From assembly GCA_018829965.1 (NCBI GenBank), contig JAHJTG010000016.1, positions 29,537 to 93,536 on the forward strand: DNA of 64,000 bases, given 5' to 3'. Position 1 is the first letter of the stretch, and each line of letters opens with the position of its first letter. The translations under genes and the position numbers were made by a program. This document shows, piece after piece, positions 16,751-23,372 of this stretch. The notes below the pieces were generated by a model. The model had not been told where the DNA came from. It made no database searches and was given only the letters and a program-made list of their open reading frames with translations. This stretch comes from Patescibacteria group bacterium (GTDB taxonomy: Bacteria > Patescibacteriota > Minisyncoccia > Minisyncoccales > Staskawiczbacteraceae).

Positions 16751-19747
16751 TTAAGTTTGTCTAAAATCGCAAATATCTCTGAAGTCGCAATACTCGCACT
16801 GCCAGCCCGGAGTTGGCTCAAACTTACTATCTTTTATTGCCTCAATTTCTGCGATTATCTTTTCTTTTCTATCCTGCTTTTCTTTATCTGAGCCTAGAAA
16901 TGATGCTTGGCTATTGTTATCTAGGTAGTAATAGGCTAATTCTTTTGGTTTAATATTTAAAACCTCTTCTGCTGCTATTTGATAGATTAATAACTGGGAT
17001 TTATCGTCAGCTTCTAGCTTTTCTTTCGGTTTACCAGTTTTGTAATCAATAATCTTTACTCCATTTTCAGAATCATCAATCCTATCTATCACTCCGTATA
17101 AATTATATCCCCCTACTTTTAAATTGAAAGGTAGCTCTAATGCCAACTCATTGTTAATTTTTAAAATCTTTGGAGGATTCTTTTTAAAATCTTCGTAAAA
17201 ATCCTTAATTATCCTTTTGCCTAGTTTATAATAATCATCTTTTTGTTTTTTTGATTCGTACCACTCGCCAATCCAATTTCGTTCATAAAGCTTTTCCAAT
17301 ATTTTAAATTCATCCCCTTTCCCACTCTTCTTCCCAGTTATTGGGACGTATGACGTCCCAATAACTTTTTTACTAGGGCCGAATAGAGATTCTTGATTTA
17401 CTTTACTGGCTTCGTTTACATTTTTTAAAAAATTGTAAAGAGTGGCGTGCATTGTTTTACCGAACGAAAACACCGCCTTGCCCCTAATAGGAATCTTTAG
17501 AATAAACCCAAACTTGTACTGCAACGGACATTTTTCAAAGGCAGCCAGTTGGGAGAAAGAAAAATGCTCTGGCAAATACTTATTCTCTAATGTCTTAGGC
17601 TTTCTTATCTCTACCTTATCGGCTAATAAGCCCTTCTTTTCTTTAACTGCATCCCCTTTTGATTCTTCGTATCCCATTTCAATTAAAAATCTGGAAAGCT
17701 TCTTTTTTCTTTGACCTCCGTAATCTTGGGCCGATGTGAAATATAATCCTTTTTTAGCTCTCGTCATTGCCACATAACAAATACGCCTTTCTTCTTGCAA
17801 ATGCACGTCGCCTGTTGGTTTAATATCCTTAATTAATTCATCTGGTAATTCAATCGGTTCTTTTCTTTCTATCACAGGGAAACGCCTATCAACCATGCTT
17901 ACCAGAAACACATACTTAAACTCCAAGCCCTTAGCCGCGTGTATTGTCATTATTTTAACCATATCAGGACCTTGTTCTGGGTCAAATTCAAGTTTTCCTT
18001 CTTCTCCTGATTCAAGTTCTAAAGTAAGCTCCTCCATAAAGTTTTTTAAAGCAGGAGCAATTGCTGACTCCTCAAAACTTTGAACCTTATCGTAAAATTG
18101 GTTTAACAGGTCTAACTTCTCTTTTTCGTCTCGATTAATTAAATACTTTAAGTATCCGGAATCATTCATAAACGCCACTAATATCTCAATAACCGTTTTG
18201 TCTTTAACTAAAATGCTGTGTTTTTTGATTATAGAAAGGATAAAGCTTATCTTTTCTTTAGTTTGGGCGCTTACTCCAGTAATCAGCGGGGCTTCTTGCA
18301 ATGCCTCAAAAAGTGATTTGGTTTTTTTATGACCATATTGAGTAATAGTAGCAATATCCTCATCTGATATTTCCAAAAACGGCAAACTCAAAATCCTATA
18401 AACCGCTGCGCATTCATGGTAGTTATCCAATAATTTAAAGTAAGAGATAATATCTAAAATGACTGGCTTTGAATAAAGTCCTCTTGAAGCTAAAAATTGG
18501 TATGGCATGCCCGCTCTTTCTAAGGCTCTGACAAAGGGAATCGCTGTATCGTTTGCTCTTACTAAAATAGCAAAGTCGCTATAACTTGAATCTTTATCTC
18601 TCTTTAAAATTTCAGCAATCTTTTTTATTGTTTTCCTTACTTCTTCGTCTAAGCTTTTGGCACTAATATGTTCTATCACTCCTTCCCCCTTGTTCTCTGC
18701 AATTAACTTTTTATCAATCTTGTTTACAAACTCCAATCTATCAGGGTCGTTTGCTTTAATAAAAACATACGCTTTGTCTAAAATGTTTTGCGTAGACCTA
18801 TAGTTATTTATTAAAGATATTTGTTTGGCTTTTGTCCCGATTTCATCGAGGATCCTCGACGGCGAAGCCGTCGGGAAAAAATCCTTAGCAAACTGCACAA
18901 TATTATTAAAAGAAGCGCCTCTCCATCTATAAATAGCTTGGTCGTCGTCGGCACAGACAGTTAAATTATTTCCCGGTTCGGCTAATATCTTTATTAACTC
19001 ATACTGGGCGTAGTTTGTGTCTTGGAACTCGTCAACTAAAATATATTTAAACTTTTCCCTATACTTTTTTAAAATCAACGGACGCTTTTTAAATAAAAGC
19101 AAACAATAGTTTATTAAATCACCAAAATCCAATACGTCGTTATCTAAAAGCATTTTTTGATAAATATAGTAGGCATTAGCAACTTCTTTTATTCTTTCTG
19201 TCTCTTGGACTTCCGGCAAATCGTCTAAGCTTGTTTTTAAGCTATCTGCATATTTTAAATAGTCTTCTGGGTAAATACCTTGGTCTTTGCAGTGGGAAAA
19301 ATGATAAATTAGGGATTGTATAAACTTCGTGGGGTTCCCCAATGATTTGTAATAATTCAATTCAAATTTATTTAAGTTTTGACGAGCTAACAGCCACCCG
19401 GCGGTTCCATCTAATATTTTAAAATCGGGAGGCAATCCAATATCTAAAGCATTTTCCTTTAAAACTCTTTCGCAGAAGGCGTGGAATGTAGAAATCCACA
19501 AATCCATATATCCAAAGTCCAAAAGCTGGTCTACTCTTTCTTCCATCTCCCCTGCTGCCTTTTCAGTAAAAGTAACTGCTAAAATCTCCTCTGGCTTTGC
19601 CAAGCCCTTTTCAATTAAATTAACTATTCGCTGAGTAATAACCGTGGTTTTACCAGTTCCCGCCCCAGCCACAATTAAAAGAGGCCCCTTACCATGGACC
19701 ACCGCTTCCTTTTGCTCTTTGTTTAGTTTTTCCAAATTTAACGCCAT
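16751..19747 (-). CDS. UvrD/PcrA-type SF1A helicase fused to a C-terminal Cas4-like Fe-S PD-(D/E)XK nuclease
   Basis: AGAGTGKTT, DEFQDTN, helicase motifs through VAMTRAK. C-terminus has CPLQYKF, IDRIDD...IIDYKTGK...QLLIYQ, CEYCDFRDIC. Start set at MALNLEKL (19747), directly after F2 copy b; the track ORF reads on into the repeat. Confidence 0.88.
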   Translation of the reverse strand: MALNLEKLNKEQKEAVVHGKGPLLIVAGAGTGKTTVITQRIVNLIEKGLAKPEEILAVTFTEKAAGEMEERVDQLLDFGYMDLWISTFHAFCERVLKENALDIGLPPDFKILDGTAGWLLARQNLNKFELNYYKSLGNPTKFIQSLIYHFSHCKDQGIYPEDYLKYADSLKTSLDDLPEVQETERIKEVANAYYIYQKMLLDNDVLDFGDLINYCLLLFKKRPLILKKYREKFKYILVDEFQDTNYAQYELIKILAEPGNNLTVCADDDQAIYRWRGASFNNIVQFAKDFFPTASPSRILDEIGTKAKQISLINNYRSTQNILDKAYVFIKANDPDRLEFVNKIDKKLIAENKGEGVIEHISAKSLDEEVRKTIKKIAEILKRDKDSSYSDFAILVRANDTAIPFVRALERAGMPYQFLASRGLYSKPVILDIISYFKLLDNYHECAAVYRILSLPFLEISDEDIATITQYGHKKTKSLFEALQEAPLITGVSAQTKEKISFILSIIKKHSILVKDKTVIEILVAFMNDSGYLKYLINRDEKEKLDLLNQFYDKVQSFEESAIAPALKNFMEELTLELESGEEGKLEFDPEQGPDMVKIMTIHAAKGLEFKYVFLVSMVDRRFPVIERKEPIELPDELIKDIKPTGDVHLQEERRICYVAMTRAKKGLYFTSAQDYGGQRKKKLSRFLIEMGYEESKGDAVKEKKGLLADKVEIRKPKTLENKYLPEHFSFSQLAAFEKCPLQYKFGFILKIPIRGKAVFSFGKTMHATLYNFLKNVNEASKVNQESLFGPSKKVIGTSYVPITGKKSGKGDEFKILEKLYERNWIGEWYESKKQKDDYYKLGKRIIKDFYEDFKKNPPKILKINNELALELPFNLKVGGYNLYGVIDRIDDSENGVKIIDYKTGKPKEKLEADDKSQLLIYQIAAEEVLNIKPKELAYYYLDNNSQASFLGSDKEKQDRKEKIIAEIEAIKDSKFEPTPGWQCEYCDFRDICDFRQT

Positions 19748-19876
19748 AATTATGAGCGAGGAAGGAATGAAAATTGAGGAAGGAAAAAGTAAAAGTTTAC
19801 TTTTATTTTTGGCAACCGAAAATTTCATTCCGACCGAGCGATTAATTATATAGATAGCGAAGCTATCTCTATAATT
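19748..19876 (-). repeat. F2 leader element, copy b
   Basis: Gene-sense: ATTATAGAG-[ATAGCTTCGCTAT]-CTATATAATTAATCGCTCGGTCGGAATGAAA...TTTCATTCCTTCCTCGCTCATAATT-ATG. Confidence 0.85.
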
Positions 19877-19974
19877 TATTAAATCATTTTACCATAAATA
19901 TCACTCTCAAAACAAAAATCGCTCGGTCACCTGAGGCGATATAGGAGCGATTTTTTAATGCGTTATTTTCGATT

Positions 19975-20280
19975 CTAATCTAATTGAATTACGAGCAATC
20001 CTTTCTCCTTAATCACCCATTCTTGACCAAAATCGTTGAGATTGAATTTTAAGATATAACTTACTTTTTTCTCTATGCTTCTGCCCGTATATTCTTTTGT
20101 TTTCGGGTCATATTCTTCCAATAACAAAACATCGCCTTCTTTTACATCAAAATCGGCCAACCTTAATTAAAATTTCTTTTTACCCGAAACGATTAAGTTA
20201 AAATACTCCGGCCAAATTTTCTTGCGCCACGTAGTGGTCGCTTTCGGCGACCTACTACTGTGGTTTTTTATTATTGACAT
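19975..20280 (-). pseudogene. DUF3850/ASCH-like protein gene interrupted by an in-frame TAA (20167-20169)
   Basis: Own translation from ATG 20280: MSIIKNHSSRSPKATTTWRKKIWPEYFNLIVSGKKKF*LRLADFDVKEGDVLLLEEYDPKTKEYTGRSI... The KIWPEYF...FE(I/L)R...GD.LLL.EYD pattern is continuous across the stop, so TAA replaces an expected GAA. The track ORF (19975-20160) begins at a TTG. Confidence 0.6.
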
Positions 20281-20366
20281 AAATTTATTTGCCTAATTTT
20301 TTTTGTTGACCAGATGGGTATTTTTGTTCCCTTATTCGCGCGAATTAGACCAAGGGAATCTACACG

Positions 20367-20400
20367 GAACATTCTGACATTCTTGAGAATGTCAGAATGT
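20367..20400. repeat. P-palindrome copy 1 (ACATTCTnACATTCT / AGAATGTnAGAATGT)
   Basis: aacattctgacattc-ttga-gaatgtcagaatgtt. Confidence 0.85.
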
Positions 20401-20424
20401 TTTTATATACCTCCAAAATTTTAA

Positions 20425-20706
20425 CTAAGTTCTAAATAATTTTCGCAGTTCTGTTTTTGTCTGATTCAAAATTCTTTTTCTCGCCGGTTTTAAATTTTTG
20501 CCTGCCCGATTGATATAAAAATTAAGCATTGACATCGCTGATTGAAACGACGTTCCTTTCCGGCGCTCGCTCGCGAGCGCCGATTCTTTTAGTGAAAGGG
20601 CGATTTTTTTCGGGTTGTCCCACGTAAAAACGCCTTCTTCCAAGTCAAGAGCATTGCTGTATTTTGTCACTCTATCAGACCAAAATTTGGTTTGCTTTTT
20701 AGTCAT
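20425..20706 (-). CDS. DUF3175-like small protein
   Basis: 93 aa. The pattern WSDRVTKYSNALDLEEGVF...SLK.SA..S.RRK...FQSAMSMLNFYINRAG matches my recollection of DUF3175. Confidence 0.55.
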   Translation of the reverse strand: MTKKQTKFWSDRVTKYSNALDLEEGVFTWDNPKKIALSLKESALASERRKGTSFQSAMSMLNFYINRAGKNLKPARKRILNQTKTELRKLFRT

Positions 20707-20788
20707 TCTATTTTTAAAAATAGAAACTAAAGTTTATATATTTGCGGCGTTCGGTCGGAAAATAAAAGCAATCTTTTCTTTTCCTCCC

Positions 20789-21181
20789 TCACTTGCAATT
20801 ATTGATGATTGTTTTTAAATAGGGCCAGAAAATAAGAATGCCGATAATTGCCGCGCCAAAAATAACCAAAAATACAAAAGCCGAAAGCAAATCTTTTATT
20901 ATTTTAACGCGCGGGTCATGGCTTGGCTGTAAAAAGTCCAAAAAGCGCTCCATAATGGAATTAATCATTTCTAATCCAAGCACGGAAAAAATCATTACTA
21001 AAAGCACGGCCTTTTCTGTTCTGGTGGTCGGGAAATAAAGCATTGCTCCGACAACTAATAGAGCCGCTGTTGCCATATATTTAAAAGCCGGCTCTTTAAC
21101 AAGAACCGTCCATAATCCTTTCCAAGAATTCTGAAAACTCAAAAAAATATTTTTCCTTCTCTGATTATTATTTTGTTCCAT
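20789..21181 (-). CDS. dgkA: diacylglycerol/undecaprenol kinase (DgkA family)
   Basis: 3-TM small kinase. Contains SFQNSWKGL, EPAFKY, LVLGLEMINSIMERFLD, KIIKDLLSAFV. Confidence 0.8.
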   Translation of the reverse strand: MEQNNNQRRKNIFLSFQNSWKGLWTVLVKEPAFKYMATAALLVVGAMLYFPTTRTEKAVLLVMIFSVLGLEMINSIMERFLDFLQPSHDPRVKIIKDLLSAFVFLVIFGAAIIGILIFWPYLKTIINNCK

Positions 21182-21194
21182 TTTATTATTTTAT

Positions 21195-21228
21195 CATTCC
21201 GACATTCTCAAGAATGCGAGAATGTCGT
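21195..21228. repeat. P-palindrome copy 2 (degenerate)
   Basis: cattccGACATTCTCaagaatgcGAGAATGTCg. Overlaps the ArsR-like stop and lies 15 nt upstream of the dgkA ATG. Confidence 0.7.
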
Positions 21229-21495
21229 TATAAATTTGTAGAAAATTTTGCCGTAAGGTGAAAGAAAATGGGCGACTTCCCTATCCCGATATTTTTTATT
21301 AACCAAACCTGCCTGCGTTAATTTTTGCGTATGTCCCGAGATTGTTTTTATATTACATTCTAAACTCTCGGCAATATTGTCTAAACTAATTCCCCCGTTT
21401 TCGGCAACCAGTTTTAAAATCTCGATTCGGCGATGATTAGATATGCCTTTAAAGTGTCTTTCTAATTGTTTTGCGGTTTTTATTTTTGTTTTCAT
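21208..21495 (-). CDS. ArsR/SmtB-family winged-helix transcriptional regulator
   Basis: 95 aa. Contains FKGISNHRRIEILKLV...ISLDNIAESLECNIKTISGHTQKLTQAGLV (HTH_5-type). Confidence 0.75.
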   Translation of the reverse strand: MKTKIKTAKQLERHFKGISNHRRIEILKLVAENGGISLDNIAESLECNIKTISGHTQKLTQAGLVNKKYRDREVAHFLSPYGKIFYKFITTFSHS

Positions 21496-21501
21496 ATCCT
21501 C

Positions 21502-21535
21502 ATTTTACCATAACATTCTCACATTCTCGAGAATG
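21502..21535. repeat. P-palindrome copy 3 (perfect 34 bp)
   Basis: aacattctcacattctcgagaatgtgagaatgtt. Lies 7 nt upstream of the ArsR-like ATG. Confidence 0.95.
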
Positions 21536-21592
21536 TGAGAATGTTTATTTACTCTTTGAATTATGTTTCCAAAATTTTAAGCTTTTCCATAA

Positions 21593-22315
21593 TTATTTCT
21601 TTGAATTTTTGCCGTTAATAACAATTAGGGCGTGAAAATCCTGATATAAACGAAAATCTTTTCTCAAGTTTTCCTCAAATAATTTTTGCAGAAACTGATA
21701 ATCCGTCTTGTCTGCCAAATTACGCTCTTTAACTAATCTTCTGGTATATTCATCTATAACAAAAACTGGTTTATCTAAAGCGTAAAGTAAAATGCTATCA
21801 GCTGTTTCCGGTCCAATGCCTTTTAATTTTAGCAGTTCTTCCCTTAATTCTTTGAGTTCTGTTTTTTTCATTCTTTCCAAACTGCCATCCCGATTTAATC
21901 GAGGATCTCCCGATGAAATCGAGGATCCTCGACTCTGTCGGGACTCGACAGAGTCGGGATAATTCTCCACGATAAATTTGGATAAATTAAATAGATATTG
22001 GGCCTTGGTTTTGTAAAATCCCGAGGGTTTAATTAAAGGCACTAATCTTTTTGCGCCCAATTGATAAAGAGCCTTTAGCGAATTTATCTTTGCTTTCTTT
22101 AAATTATTTAAAGCCAATTCTACGTTTTTCCAATTTGTTCTCTGAGTTAAAATCGCCCCGATTGCTATTTCCTCTCTTTCTCGTCTAATTTTAGACCTTT
22201 TACACCAAAGTTTCCATTGTCCCTTAGGCGTTCCGTATTTCTTTTTTAACTCTTTATATAATTTCTCAAATTGTTTAACGTCGGATGTTAAACATTCACG
22301 TCGGGTGTTAAACAT
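21593..22315 (-). CDS. endonuclease III-related HhH-GPD DNA glycosylase with in-frame GC-rich insertion
   Basis: ILTQRTNWKNV and the HhH motif LKGIGPETADSILLYALDKPVFVIDEYTRR. About 23 extra residues (SRQSRGSSISSGDPRLNRDGS) are encoded by the repeat at 21889-21958. Confidence 0.8.
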   Translation of the reverse strand: MFNTRRECLTSDVKQFEKLYKELKKKYGTPKGQWKLWCKRSKIRREREEIAIGAILTQRTNWKNVELALNNLKKAKINSLKALYQLGAKRLVPLIKPSGFYKTKAQYLFNLSKFIVENYPDSVESRQSRGSSISSGDPRLNRDGSLERMKKTELKELREELLKLKGIGPETADSILLYALDKPVFVIDEYTRRLVKERNLADKTDYQFLQKLFEENLRKDFRLYQDFHALIVINGKNSKK

Positions 22316-22324
22316 TCATTTTTG

Positions 22325-22356
22325 ACATTCTCACATTCTCGAGAATGTGAGAATGA
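22325..22356. repeat. P-palindrome copy 4
   Basis: acattctcacattctcgagaatgtgagaatga. Lies 10 nt upstream of the nth-like ATG. Confidence 0.9.
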
Positions 22357-22486
22357 TTTTATTTTAATTCTCTTTTAAATGCTTTGGATAAAATGGATTT
22401 AGTCTAATTTTTTTGTTGGCCAGAGCATAAATTAATGGTGGCTGACCCCATTTTTTCTCAAGTCTAGTTCAAACTTGTGCGTTATG

Positions 22487-22561
22487 CGCCGCCATCGGGA
22501 TTTGAACCCGAGTCTCCAGCTTGAGAAGCTGATGTCCTAGACCAGACTAGACGATGGCGGC
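22487..22561 (-). tRNA. tRNA-Glu (anticodon CUC)
   Basis: Hand fold: GCCGCCA TC GTC TAGTCTGGTCTAG GAC A TCAGC TTCTCAA GCTGG AGAC TCGGG TTCAAAT CCCGA TGGCGGC G. No encoded CCA. Confidence 0.9.
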
Positions 22562-22646
22562 ATTTATTAAAATTTAACATAAAACTTACTCTCTGTCGAT
22601 AAAAAAATCGCCTTAAAGTTAGAGCGATTTTTTATAACAATTTTAT

Positions 22647-23279
22647 CTATTTCCACTTCATTTTCAACGCCTCGGATATTTCCACGAGGTTTAAACCTAG
22701 AATAGTGCCAACGCAACTTGTTGCCAAGGCGGAATAAACATGCTCTTTTCCGACAGAATCCTGCCAGATAGGTATGCTTTTCCCGTTATGATTTATTTTA
22801 AAATTCGCACCTTCGTTATCTGTGTTGACATCACTTGCCATAAAATCAGCTCCCTGTTCAAAGCCGAAGGTAATATCTTTTAAATTAGCCGTGTCGTTTA
22901 TTTTCACAGCTGATTTATCATCAAAATTCAAAACTAAAAATCCGTAAGAAGGGATTAATTGAGCTAATTCGGATATTTGTTTTATTTCTTTTAAAATCTC
23001 TACCATATGAGTTACAACCAAAATCGGCAATGGAGACAATCTTACCAGCTCAGCCATCTTTTTAAAGATTTTTTCACTTTCTAAATTTGTTTCTATAATA
23101 AAAACGTTTTTTATTAAAATATCAAAAAGATTAGGAGTTTTCTTAATCAACTTCTTAACTTTAAAATTGCTTTCCAAAATATGGGAAATAGATTCAACAG
23201 CCAAACTCTTGCCTTTGCCAGACACTATAATAACTTTTATCTTTTTAAGACGGAAAATAGTTTTGAATATGAAATTCAT
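22647..23279 (-). CDS. short Mur-ligase-like protein (central domain only, degenerate P-loop)
   Basis: 210 aa in the position where murE/murF follows ftsI. IIVSGKGKS stands in place of GxNGKTT. VLNFDD and GKEHVYSALA resemble MurF central-domain motifs. No C-terminal domain. Confidence 0.4.
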   Translation of the reverse strand: MNFIFKTIFRLKKIKVIIVSGKGKSLAVESISHILESNFKVKKLIKKTPNLFDILIKNVFIIETNLESEKIFKKMAELVRLSPLPILVVTHMVEILKEIKQISELAQLIPSYGFLVLNFDDKSAVKINDTANLKDITFGFEQGADFMASDVNTDNEGANFKINHNGKSIPIWQDSVGKEHVYSALATSCVGTILGLNLVEISEALKMKWK

Positions 23280-23372
23280 AATTATGAGTGAGGGAGGAAT
23301 ATATGAAAAATTTTCATATATTCCGACTGAACGATTAATTATATAAATTACTTTTAGTAATTTCTATATAAT
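23280..23372 (-). repeat. F2 leader element, copy c
   Basis: Gene-sense: ATTATATAG-[AAATTACTAAAAGTAATTT]-ATATAATTAATCGTTCAGTCGGAATATATGAAAA...TTTTCATATATTCCTCCCTCACTCATAATT-ATG. Starts at the ftsI stop. Confidence 0.85.

Noticed and set aside
19748-19853. Small peptides starting MSEE(G/R)... on the strand opposite the F2 elements
   Set aside because: The ATG is part of the CATAATTATG palindrome. Downstream sequence, length and frame differ in each copy (13 to 32 codons), so no conserved product exists.
20367-22356. Integron-like cassette array (short unrelated ORFs in one orientation separated by palindromes)
   Set aside because: The 34-bp palindromes lack the attC R''/R' core (RYYYAAC...GTTRRRY) and the unpaired bases, and they are too short. 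No intI or attI is nearby, and one gene boundary has no palindrome.
20367-22356. CRISPR array
   Set aside because: The repeats are separated by 0.3-0.85 kb of protein-coding sequence, not by 25-50 bp spacers. No other regularly spaced direct repeats and no cas genes occur in the window. The Cas4-like nucleases belong to helicase-nuclease genes.
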